Positions 11,687 to 22,249 of a stretch of 32,581 nt of DNA are shown here, piece by piece; the first letter of the stretch is position 1, and the number at the start of each line of letters is the position of its first letter. The stretch is from Guillardia theta CCMP2712. Taxonomy: Eukaryota > Protista > Cryptophyta. A program made the position numbers and the translations under genes. Under the pieces are notes generated by a model, which saw only the letters and a list, made by a program, of their open reading frames with translations, did no database searches and was not told the origin of the DNA. The DNA lies in contig NW_005434619.1 in the NCBI RefSeq assembly GCF_000315625.1, positions 72,529 to 105,109 on the forward strand, read 5' to 3'.

Positions 11687-12775
11687 GAGAGGAAAGGAGG
11701 GGAAAGGAGAGAAGGGGGGGGTAGGGGAGAGAGGAGAGGACAGGACAGGACAGGAGAGAGGACAGGAGAGGAGAGGAGGTGAAAACGGTACTGACGAGAT
11801 GAATTGAGATAGAAGGTGAGGTGAGGAGGTGAGAAAAAGCGATGGGAAGGGATGGAAAGAAAACGAGAGGAGAAGACAAGAGAAACGGATTAAACGGAAC
11901 GAGAGGAGACAAGAAGAGCAGACGGAGAGGCAGACGAAACTACCTCGCTGGGGCGCTTTCCATGCTGCAGGGAGCAGAGGAATTGGAAGGCTCTTCAACA
12001 ACATTCAGCGCACAAGGATACCAAAGAGACTCTCAAGACCTGGGGATCGTTGGCGGCGGCGCGTCCTCAGAAGCCCGGCAGTACCTCACGCACTGATCCT
12101 TGAGCCTGCGCCCGCCACGTCATCCCACCATGGTGAGAACAGCGCGTTCGCTTCCTCTCGTCGAGGAGGAGCTCCCTGAGCTTCTTGGTGGTCGCATAGC
12201 AGTTGCTGGAGGAGGCGTCAGCTGGAGCAGCAGGACCTGCCGTCCCTTCACTTGAGTCTAATCTTGTCGATCATTCGCACGACCTCCATCTCCCTCTGCA
12301 GCAGCCACGAGACCTGGTGCCATGTCACTGCCCTCGGAGAGGCGAGGAGCGGTGGATACCTTAGCAAGGACAAACTCCAGCTCCATCTCCGACTTGATCG
12401 AGATCGTCATGATGTCGCTGACGCCTGCCAGCAGGTCGATCAGTCGATCAGCGACTCTCCTCGCAGCCCGAGGCAAGAGCAAGGGAGGGTTGCTGCTGCT
12501 ACCGTCAAAGAAGGAGACGAGCTTGAGGAGAAGAGGATCGGCAAGTTTGATCGAATCTTTCGATGCTACCCAGACCTTGAAAGATTTCGTCATGGTCATC
12601 GTCCCATCAGACTCCGTCCTTCACCGGAACTTCGTGTGGTCTGACTTCAGGTATAGACGCTCGCGGCAGACACTGCTTGTAGATCAGGAAAAGAACGATT
12701 GAATTCGAAGATCATCTCAATGAAAATCTCCGTCATCTCCATCATCTCCATCATCTCCATCATCTCCACCATCAT

Positions 12776-12830
<55 letters not shown>

Positions 12831-14360
12831 TCCATCATCATCTCCATCATCATCATCATCTTCATCATCTTCGCTGTCGTCATCGCTGTCGTTTCGTCTT
12901 TGCGGTTACCGACGCCTTTCATCTTGCATGCTCACAATGACAGGCACAATCTGACCTGCTGCAGTCGAATGGGCTCAGGATTGTTCTTAGGAAAATAAGG
13001 AATGTCGGATACACCTGAAGCCATGTAAGACAAGTGAAAAATGTGCGAGGAGAGAAGAACAGAAAGCAGGAATCAGAGAAGAGAAGGGCGAAGGAGAAGA
13101 GATGGGAGAGTAGGGAAAGAAGATTGGCAGAGGAGCAGGAGGAAGTGTTGAAGAGAAGAGATGAAAGAGAGGAGATAATAGTGTTGGTTAGGGGGGGCTC
13201 AACAAAACATCAAAGTCTTCGCAAGGCAACCAGTTGGCGGCATAGAGAATTGTCCCAGTGTGTTGATATCATGAATAATCCCCTGGATGATTGCCTGCGT
13301 TTGCTCGTGGTTGCTCTGAGACGATAGGAAGCGATGCTGAAAAGTTTGGTAGGCGTAAGTTGAGGACGAGGAGGAGGGGAAGAAGCGGACGTGGACGTGG
13401 GTGGAGAAGGAAGGAGGAAGGGAGGCGGGAGAAGTGGCCAGACGGGGTGGAGGAGGCATATCAGGAGGGGATACGAGGAGAGGGAGGAAAAAGAGAGGAA
13501 GGAACAGGAGGAGCAGAGGGAGGGAGGAGAGGGAGGAGGAGAAGGAGGAGGAGGGCGATGAAGCGAAACATTCACCTGTGTCTCCATTAGCCGAAAGTCG
13601 GAGGCGACTTGCTTGACAATGGGCTGGTAGGCGCTGACGTCGGTGGTCGCATCGAACACGAAGCAAACGTTGAACATGAACTACAACCATGGTCAGAAAC
13701 GCCGAGGGAGGGAGGGAGGGAGGGAGAGGGAAGGAGGGGAAGGGGGAGGGAGCTGGGAGAGGAAGGAGTAGGTGTGTGTGAGAAGGTGGGGAGTCGGGGC
13801 GGGAGGTGTGCATGACTGGGAGGGGGAGGAAGGGTAAAGAAGTGGGAGGAAATGGAGGGGAAAGGGAGGAAGAGGAGGAGGGAGAGGAGGAGGGAACGCG
13901 CTCCCTCTGCCATGAGGCACCTGGTTCCTCTCGTAGTGCTCGTCTCGGATGTGCTCGGGGTGGCCGACGAAGCGCAGACCGAAGGCAGTGACGCTGATGA
14001 GATGGCCGCAGAGCTCGCTGGAGGCGATGAGATGGTCGGAGAGATAGTCGCACGTGTCTGCGCTGACCAGGTTCTCCGGCGCCTGGAAGACAGGGCGGGG
14101 TCCCCTGTGGGGGTCGAATTCGCAGTAGAGGATGCACCTCAGCCATGCTGGCAGCGGGAGTGAGTGAGCAGCGGGTTGAATGCGGGGCGGGGCGGGGAGG
14201 GGAGGGGAGAGGAGGAGCAGGGCAGCGAAGGGCAGAGCAGTGGAGGGCAGGAGAGGAGGGGGCATGTGGAGAATCGGGGAGACAGGGCAAGAGGAGGAGA
14301 GGATGGGGTGAAAGCCATTGCCGCGCGCGGTGAGGTTACTCTACTGGGGCCTACAATCAT
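10149..14360 (-). CDS. NPRL2: Nitrogen permease regulator 2-like protein (GATOR1/SEACIT subunit)
   Basis: Spliced exons follow NPRL2 motifs in order: 14147-13921 LRCILYCEFDPHRGPRPVFQAP...HYERNQ; 13680-13576 FMFNVCFVFD...YQPIVKQVASDFRLME; PEVRPHEVPVWV; DPLLLKLVSFFDGVSDIMTISIKSEMELEFV; NCYATTKKLRELL; AFQFLCSL; IDVIRLLTFG..YLRRMHHWP; CDGSRCYDAIACAIG; IIICRM...stop 10149. First exon and start (~14360) are uncertain. Confidence 0.92.
11270..11780. repeat. Polypurine block: (GAGGA)n, (GAGGAC)n and (GA)n around an N gap, in an NPRL2 intron
   Basis: Visible simple repeats flanking gap 11511-11610. Confidence 0.9.
11511..11610. other. Assembly gap (100 N)
   Basis: Run of N. Confidence 1.
12730..12870. 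repeat. (TCA)n / (TCATCTCCA)n microsatellite in an NPRL2 intron
   Basis: Visible tandem repeats. Confidence 0.9.
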
Positions 14361-14602
14361 TCAGCCCTCCAGTTTCCTCGTGTTGCACACTCTGCCTTTG
14401 AAATGCAGTAGAAGAAAGAAGTGCAGGTATTGGAGCATAACCACCAACCTTCCGTTGCAAGGAATGATCCAAGGCTAAACTTCTATGGACATCAATCACC
14501 ATCGCTTTCACCCAAGCAGCAAGAAATATGCTAAGGTGTTGCATGATTGTAGTCCACAGAGGCAACCAAAGGGCAGAAACGTGTCGTCTACCGTATCTGA
14601 CT

Positions 14603-14853
14603 TCACTTCGACCAGACGAGGCGCAGCAAGCCGCCGATTGTCGGCAGGAGTCCAACAGACAGGAAGTACATAACAGAAACAGCAACGAGGCCAAATCCAA
14701 AGAAATTCGCCAGAACCTGAAACATGGAGATACTCTTGTACTTGTAGACTTCGCCAGGGAAATGACCGTGCTGCTTGAAGTGAGTGAGAAGCTTGTCCTT
14801 CTCCTCAAACACCTTCATCATCCAATCTTGCACTGCTTCAGTCTCCTCCGGGA
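14603..14853 (-). CDS. C-terminal part of a lysophospholipid / 1-acylglycerol-3-phosphate acyltransferase (AGPAT3/4/LCLAT1-like); the rest lies in an assembly gap
   Basis: PEETEAVQDWMMKVFEEKDKLLTHFKQHGHFPG followed by a hydrophobic tail matches the acyltransferase C-terminal motif W...F.EKD.LL..F...G.FP. Upstream sequence is N. The 3' end could be spliced further. Confidence 0.7.
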
Positions 14854-14953
14854 NNNNNNNNNNNNNNNNNNNNNNNNNNNNNNNNNNNNNNNNNNNNNNN
14901 NNNNNNNNNNNNNNNNNNNNNNNNNNNNNNNNNNNNNNNNNNNNNNNNNNNNN
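14854..14953. other. Assembly gap (100 N), probably hiding much more sequence
   Basis: Run of N. The catalytic domain of the adjacent acyltransferase is missing from the window. Confidence 1.
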
Positions 14954-15134
14954 TCCTCCTCCTCCTCCCTCCCTCCCTCCTCCTCCTCCTCCTCCTCCTC
15001 CTCCTCCTCCTCCTCTACAACGCTCCCCCCTTCCCCCGCCTACTGCGCCTTCTTTCAGCATAAAATAGGAACCACGAAAAAGTATTTTTTGATCCTTTCT
15101 CAATCCCTCGTTAGAGGGGCAGTCGAGCAGGGCG

Positions 15135-16311
15135 ATGCTCGGGGGCAACAGGAGCCGGTGGGGATGCAGGCGCATGGGAGGGAGGATGGGCAGGGAGGGG
15201 AGCGTGCGGAGATGGTTGACGGGGGCAGGAGGAGAGATTCGGGTGGAGGACAGCATGGCAGGTAGTAGAGGAAGTCTCCTCTGCCTCCATGGGATACCAG
15301 GGAGAGGAGAAGATTGGAACACGCTGGCAGGGGTGCTGAAGCATGCCGGCTACCGCATCCTCCGCGTGGACATGCCAGGGTGTGGGCAGAGCTCGGCTGG
15401 ATGCATGGGAGGAGGCGATCCGGCGAATGGGAAGGAGCTGGCGGGTATTATTGAAGAGATCAGGGAGAGGAAGGGTCTGGAGGAACCCTTCCTGCTTGCG
15501 CATGGACTTGGAGCTCAGGTCATCCCCTGACATGTCGGCGTGCACGAGAGGAGAGGCATGGAGGTAGCTTCCTCTGACGCCATGGCAGGTGGCGATGAAC
15601 TGTGCTGCTCGCTGCCCGCAGCATTGGGCTGGTCTTGTCCTCCTCAACCCACTGCCTGTGCTCTCTGCTCATCGGAGCATCAGGCCATACTGGGCCTTTC
15701 GAGCCATGGCGCGAATGCACGCTAGCATGGAGAGCATGGGAGCCGAGTGGCTGGCAGAGAAGCTTGTTTGGAGAAGTATGATGATCGAAGAAAACAACAA
15801 CATGTCGTCTCTCCCTGTCATGAAGCTCGCGGCCTTGACATGCGTTCAACAGGCTGCAGGGGAACAACCTCTCTCTCATGATGAGGCGATGGGTCGACTG
15901 CGACTTCTGGAAGTACGGTCTCCTCCTCTCACTGCGACTGCTGGTGCTGAGCGCGGACTGCAGGCAGGCTGCAAGAAGCAGGATGATCAAGAGCCAGAGG
16001 GTCAGCAGGGAAGGAGGGATGTCACGGAGTGACCTGCTGTCCTTACCAGGTCCCTGTCTTCATGTCCTGGAGCAAAGACGATCCTTTCGTGGAGGAGGCG
16101 CTCTACCACGAGCTGAGCCAGACCCTGACCGGGGGGTGAGACATTCTATTTACAAACCTCTTCGGCAAAGAATAATTAGTTGAAAAGGCCTCGGCTCGTC
16201 TTCAACGACGGAGGTCACTTCATCCAGGAGACACACGCCGATGAGCTGGGGTCGGCCATCCTTGACTTCTTGGCCTTGGAGGAGATGCAAAGGTTGGCCG
16301 GGAGGGGTTAG
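15135..16311 (+). CDS. Alpha/beta-hydrolase fold protein lacking the catalytic Ser
   Basis: LLCLHGIPG, GYRILRVDMPGCGQS, nucleophile elbow LLAHGLGAQ, GLVLLNP. Spliced exons give VPVFMSWSKDDPFV and RLVFNDGGHFIQETHADELGSAILDFL, stop TAG at 16309-16311. Start is uncertain. Confidence 0.85.
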
Positions 16312-16352
16312 AGAGATCGGGGACCTTGAGCGTCGTGCCGACTCTGGCAGCT

Positions 16353-18140
16353 TCAAAAGACAACTTTGTTTCCTGTTTGACAAGGAGGAGGAGTGGTCAG
16401 GGTGGAGTTGGCAGAGTCAAGTTGTCACCAAAGATCTGGTCATGTTTGTGCAAGGCAGCCTGGATGAAGCTTCAGCTCCGAAGCACAGCAAGCAGTTTAG
16501 GTCACAACCTGTCGTCGCTGCTTCAACTCCTCCATCTTCACCGAGACATTTTTCTGCAAGCAGATCAATCTGTGAACCATCGATACCGAGAATGGTCAAT
16601 TACCCCTCCGGAGCTTCCATCGGAAGCCACAGCGTCTTGAGTCACAGCCTTGGGAAGGAAATACACCGTTAGGGGGCGATTTGATGAAAGAGTACAGTTG
16701 AATAGTACAACAGAAATCGGGGCTAACGATAATGAAGTTTACCTGAAGAGCTCCCCTCAGGTCATCGAAATTTCTCAGGGCGTCATCTCGATTCCGAGAG
16801 TTGGTATCTATCGAAAAGATGTCACCTGAATAAGAAACTGCAACAAGCGAACAAGGTCCAATGGTGGACACTAGAAGGGGTGAGCAAATTGTACCTTCAG
16901 TTTGTTGCGGCAGTATGCTGGATGCAGAATGTGACGCGGCTGTCAAGTCCGCACCGATCTTTTGATTGTTGGAATGTGTCTGGCAAAGGAATTCCTGTTA
17001 GTACACATCAAATAGTTCCTGGAATGAAAGATTTCCTTCTTGGTGTGTCTATTCATGTTCTCCAGGAACATAACCATCTCAGCCTGCAAGGGTGACAAAC
17101 TGAGCCTCTGCCATTGGACTTGGGATGAAGAACCTGGTTATTCTCAGCTGCGTAGTGCATAGGAATCTTTCCATCAGAAGCACGACATAGTATGTCCCCC
17201 TGAAGATCATTCCATCACGCTCCCAGGATTCTTCGATTGACGTCAAACCCTCTTCTCTATCAAGAACTCTGCGGCTGGAAGATCGCCGTTGAGAGCCGCA
17301 AAGTGGAGAGCTGTCCTCCCTGCTCAGCAAACGAATCATCAGATTGGAGTAGCTCGGATCACTCCTGATACCGTAATGATCTAACTGGTTGACGTCGGCC
17401 TTGTTCCTCAGCAGAGCTTCCAGGACCTCTACGTTCCCGCAGGCGGCATGCTTGGAGAGGCGAGTGAGCGTCCAACAACACCAGGACTCGCTCTGCTCAT
17501 GGTATACCTGATGAAACAAAGGCGCGTCTAGATCGGTTATGACGTCACGGGCAGACCAGAGCTGCCAGGGGTTAAGCAATGGTGCTCTCGAGTCAGTGGA
17601 CAACAGTGAAGTCACCTCTTCATAAACATGGTCGTTGCTGGATGAAGGCTGAAGATCGTGCCCAGCTGCTGTGTGGAAGGTCAGCAGCATCAGAGACACG
17701 CGGGAACGACTCACGATCGGGCCTTTGGGCATGGTGCACAGACGAAGCATACGCGCTGTTCAAAGGATAGTCAGTTTGCACACCCATAAGATGAGAGGAC
17801 AGCCTGTATACCTAAAAACGTGTGTGCTAGGCCCTCTCGCACTCTTCAGCACACTGCTATCGTTCTTGCAACATTCAAGCTCCTCTGTACGATCTTCGAC
17901 ATCAGTGGTCGACGAAATAGGTGTTTCATGATGGGATGGGATGATGAATGTCGGGGAATAGGGTACGAAGTGACAAAGAATACTGTCTGGAACCTCATAC
18001 ACATGATAGTAGAAGATATCTGATACTGAAGATGTGCACAAAGCTCAGCATCAAAGGGATTAAGTCGGGAGGGAAAACGTAGGGCACGCAACAAATGCAG
18101 CTAGGAAGCGAACAGCAAGCTACTTGCAGTGATGTACATG
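16353..18140 (-). CDS. Ankyrin-repeat protein (multi-exon)
   Basis: Spliced exons give HAACGNVEVLEALLRNKADVNQLDHY, GRTALHFAALNGDLPAAEFLIEKR and DGKIPMHYAAENNQ-AEMVMFL (about three ankyrin repeats). A short coiled-coil-like tail follows (KNVSVKMEELKQRRQ), then GNKVVF* at 16353. The 5' end is approximate. Confidence 0.75.
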
Positions 18141-18231
18141 GAGTGGCTGCTTGACCAAGTTGAAAGGGCAGGGCAAGCTACAGAAGGAACAGATGGACAG
18201 CTGGGGGGACAGAGCAGCCTCAACGGGGTCA

Positions 18232-18267
18232 AGCATTGGAGGGAGCATTGGAGGGAGCATTGGAGGG
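18232..18267. repeat. 12-bp tandem repeat AGCATTGGAGGG x3
   Basis: Three exact copies upstream of the ankyrin gene. Confidence 0.85.
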
Positions 18268-19087
18268 AGGGATGAAGGAGGAGGGAAGACAGTGGAGGAG
18301 AGAGGGAGAGGAGAGTGGGGTCAGTGGGTTGAGAGAAGGAGGGGTGACAGGACCTTGCGAGATTAAGCTGAAGTTGCCGCCCATGGCGTCAAAGTGGGCA
18401 AGGGCACGGAGGTAGGGAAACGGTACCAGGGGGTAGGGTCATGATTGAACACACTACTCACAAGGGGTGGGGTATGTTGTTCGTGGTACCGGTCCTTCAT
18501 CGGCTTTTGGTAGATGAAAATACCCGTTAGGGTAGTGACCCCCAGGAATTTAGGTTCATTTTGTATGTGGGACCCCGTCAACCGGAGCAGAGCCGAGATG
18601 TGGAAGAGGGGGTGGGGTGGTGGTATCTCAGTGATTATTGAAGTTGGCAGCCTTTCAACAAAGTTCCGGGCCCGCCATCATCGGCGGAAGTCGGACCGGG
18701 GCCCGCGCACAGTCGGACCGTGACTCCCGGCGAGCCCGCCGGGCCGCCCCGGGCCCGGGCCCGGGCGCCCGGTGACTCCAAGTCGGACTAAGGAACTTCT
18801 TTACTCAAAGTTAAGTGAAAAATCAGTACGAGGACAATCAGGATAGTCGAGGGCGAGAAGAGAACTCCGAAAAGACAGCGAGAACCAAACCCAATCCTGC
18901 CGACTGCTGCCCCCCAAACTTAACTGATACCTTCACTAGGAACCTAAGGAACCGTACCCCCCCCCGGCGCGTACCCGCCGGTGCCCGCGGCCCGTACTAG
19001 TGACTGGGCCGCCGCGCACCGCCGGCCGGGCAGGCCCGGGCCCGGCCCTGCCGGGGTAAAGGCAATTGGGCAGCGCCGGGTCACCCG

Positions 19088-20782
19088 ATGCCGTCAGCTA
19101 GGGACATGTTGGCATGCAACCAGCAGAGCATGGAGCGGAAAACAGGTGGGTGGGGTGCTGGGCAGGAGCGGAGGGGGAGATGGTCGAGGAGAGAGACAGC
19201 GATCATGATTGTCCTTCTCTTCCACCTGGGATCTTGCGAGCATGAGAGGAGACAAGAAGCTGAGGAATGGGCGGCGAGCAAAGCCGACCACGATGCTGAC
19301 ACATGCTCGGATGAGCAGTGTATATCTGATGCCCGCAAGATCGATGCGTTCGAGAAATGGATCCAGTCACAGAAGCTTGCTGTGAACAAGTTAGAAGTGA
19401 AGAGCATACCTGGCTTCAGAATGGGAACGACCGCTAAAGATGACATCGCAGATGGTGAACTGTACATTGCTATCCCGGACCACATGCTCATGGGCCCAGA
19501 ACGAGTAGAACCTGGGTCAAGATTGGACAAAAAGTTGATGAAGATTGTTAAGAGCCAGTCAATTTCCATGCAAGAACAACGCAGGCTTCTGTCGGAGAAG
19601 AACAAGGTCCTCATGTACTTTCTCCTTCAGATGTACAACCCCAAGAAAGAATCGTTTTGGAAACCTTACTTCGATATCATGCCAACCAACTTGACATCTC
19701 CAATCTTCTGGAGTGAAGATGAGCTGCAAGAGCTTGCGGGCTCTGAGGTCTCGAACATGGCCAGGATTGAGAAGAAGAGGCTGCGCGCCATGTACGACGA
19801 ACTGCGCGAGCGTATCTTCAAACACGACAGGAAGACATTCTTGAAGCAGGCATTCACACTGAAGAACTGGTTCTGGGCCAACGGCCTGTACGACTCAAGA
19901 GTCATTCAACTCAACAGGCAGACTGGCCATGGGAATGTCCCGACATTCATCCCTCTGATAGACATGGTGAACTGCATCGAGAGTCAGGACAAGACCTTCA
20001 TCCAATACGACAAGAAGCTTCGTGCGGCAGTCATGTACGCAGATCGTGCAGTGTCTCGAGGGGTCCAGGTGATGTCTAGAAGATCCATCGCTTTCCCGAA
20101 GGTTTTCTGATTGATCGCAGGTATTCGAGTCTTACGGCAACAAGTCAAACTACGAATACCTGCTGTACAATGGATTCGTTATGGAGGACAACCCTAACGA
20201 CTGTGTCTACATTTCATTTCCTTCCTCCAATGCAAGAGATGTACGACAATTTTGTGTTTCTACGACAGAGATTCCCTATCAAGTCAGAGAGTGGGCGAAA
20301 TCTCAAAGCAAAGACGTGCGAAACTCTTGTCTCTCTTGAATACTGCAAGTGAGTCTTGTTTTGACAGGCAAAATCATATCTGATCAAGCACATTGAGGAG
20401 AAGAGGAGAGGATACAGTATGTCTCATTCTGCATTGAGTGATTCGAGGAATGCTAATTTTGTACACTTAGGAACAACCATTGCAGAAGACAACGAGTTGC
20501 TTTCGCGGTGAGTTTGTGTTGCCGAGAAGCTTATCACGGGTGATATGACACCTTTTACAGGACGATTCGCGAGAACCATGTGCATCATGACGTGACATCT
20601 GTTGTGGAAATAACTTGGTATGCAGGAACTTGCAGTTCGCTTGCGGCGGCACGAGAAGATGTCTTTGGACAAGATTATCGAAAACCTAAATAGGTCCCGA
20701 TGTTGCTCAGAGAATGGCAAGCTCTGACTTGATGCAGGGGGGCACTACAATGCTGCTAGACTCTGTTTCGCGAGATGTATAA
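19088..20782 (+). CDS. SET-domain protein of the Rubisco LSMT / SETD3-like family
   Basis: FEKWI, MGTTAKDDIADGELYIAIP, ESFWKPYFDIMP, PIFWSEDELQELAGS, FIPLIDMVN. Intron 20069-20120, then VFESYGNKSNYEYLLYNGFVMEDNPND, later TTIAEDNELL (LSMT substrate-binding motif). The 3' end lies at about 20760-20782. Confidence 0.9.
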
Positions 20783-20809
20783 TCTAGATTTACCCTGAGA
20801 AAAGGAAAT

Positions 20810-21131
20810 TTACTCGGAAGCACCGTAAGCACCATAGGAGCTGTAGGTGGGGAGGATGTTGGCGGGATCGTCACCGCGGATGCCTGGAAGACGGGTTCAA
20901 TACTCCAATCACAAATTTCACATTCGAAACAAACCTCCGAGGTTGTTCTCAGTGACGGTCTTGTGGGTGAAGAGGCCATCTCCCTGGTGCTCGTTGACAT
21001 AGAAGCTGGAGGTTCGACTGATGAGAACACATCTCTTCTCATAGCAAGCTTCCTTACTCGTTCAAAGTGAGGGGGCCGTTGCTGCCGGTGGCATCGAGGG
21101 AGGTGAAAACAGTTCTAACAGTCTGGAACAT
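20810..21131 (-). CDS. 76-aa three-exon microprotein of unknown function (absent from the ORF track)
   Basis: Exons 21131-21058, 21017-20935, 20883-20810, joined by GT-AG introns of 40 and 51 nt with matching phases. Product: MFQTVRTVFTSLDATGSNGPLTLNDRTSSFYVNEHQGDGLFTHKTVTENNLGGIRGDDPANILPTYSSYGAYGASE*. Codons are strongly C-ending. Confidence 0.75.
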
Positions 21132-22249
21132 CCTGTTCAAGGAAAAATGTCAACTTCGGCCATATTCTTTATGCACTAGGAAAGCACAGCCTATTGCATT
21201 TTACAGCGAAATGAAGCAAACAAACTTGTTTTCAAATCATGGCTCAAAGTGCAAACTGAGAATGACATCACACCAGAACTCTACAATTCAGCCTCCTCTT
21301 CATCAAAACAACATCACTCATCGCAAACGGCTTCTCCTCTCCGCCTTCCCCTCCCTCCCAACTAAACGCATTCTTTCGTTGCATGCCGCGGCTGACCTGC
21401 TTCTTGATTCTATTTCGGGGGGCGCCCGTCTATGAAGACTTGAGGTACCCCTACCCAAGAGCTTTTTAACTTCTACTCGACCCCGGAGTAGCTGGGGGTA
21501 CTTACATAAGATACGGCAAGGAGGGGTGGTGTTTAGTGAAACCTCAAACGAAGTGGGTAAGGGGGGTGGGGTGGGCCGCGGGTTTCTAGAGTCTATTTTG
21601 AGCGATGACTCGAGTGTGAGGGGATGAGGGCTATTACCGGAAAGTCAACAAGGTGACTATTGGGGCGGGCCCGGAAATTGAGGTCGGACTCGATTGAGTG
21701 ATTCCTTGAAGGTTGGGGGTGGGGGTCAGGGTGGGCTCAGGAGGTAGGGTTGGAATGGCGGTCTGGGGTGGGGTACTTAAAATGCTGAGGCGGCTGTATA
21801 ATATCACTTGGAAGAGTGGGTGGGGGTGGTGACCAGGAGGGTTGGCCCGCTCTCATCAGTTGGGAAGGATGTAGTCGGATTTTTTTCCAGGGGGTGATGG
21901 ACACAGTGACAGTTGATGGGGCGGCAGCGAAGGAGAGAGCGATGAAGAGGAAGAGAGAGGAGAGAGATAGAGAGGTTCGTGAGTTGAAAGGTGAGAAGGC
22001 CTCTTGATTAGCCTGCGGCACAGAGGCTAGATTGACTGGTCTGAAGTTACGGCAGAGCTGCTTTGCCAGATATCCGTTCGGCAGCTTGAGGGGCTTGAGG
22101 AGCGGCCGAGTGACAGAGTCTCAGAACGAGAAGAGAAACGCGGACAAGAGAAAGCTCAATGAGCTAAAGAATTACCGCCCTGTGATAAGAAAAGTCAGAC
22201 ATATCCCCAGTGGTATCCTTGACGTCCTTGGGATCTTTCAGCAGCCGGA

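Noticed and set aside
13199-13260. Possible GA donor after INTLG in NPRL2
   Set aside because: An in-phase canonical GT donor (ACT G|gttgcc) lies just downstream, and GQFSMP fits the family pattern.
10149-16311. A nitrogen-starvation lipid gene cluster (NPRL2 + acyltransferase + hydrolase)
   Set aside because: Adjacency in a gene-dense eukaryotic genome is not evidence of a cluster, and no shared motif was seen.
16150-16383. Apparent coding overlap between the ankyrin and hydrolase genes
   Set aside because: With the correct splice phase the ankyrin frame stops at 16353, before the hydrolase stop.
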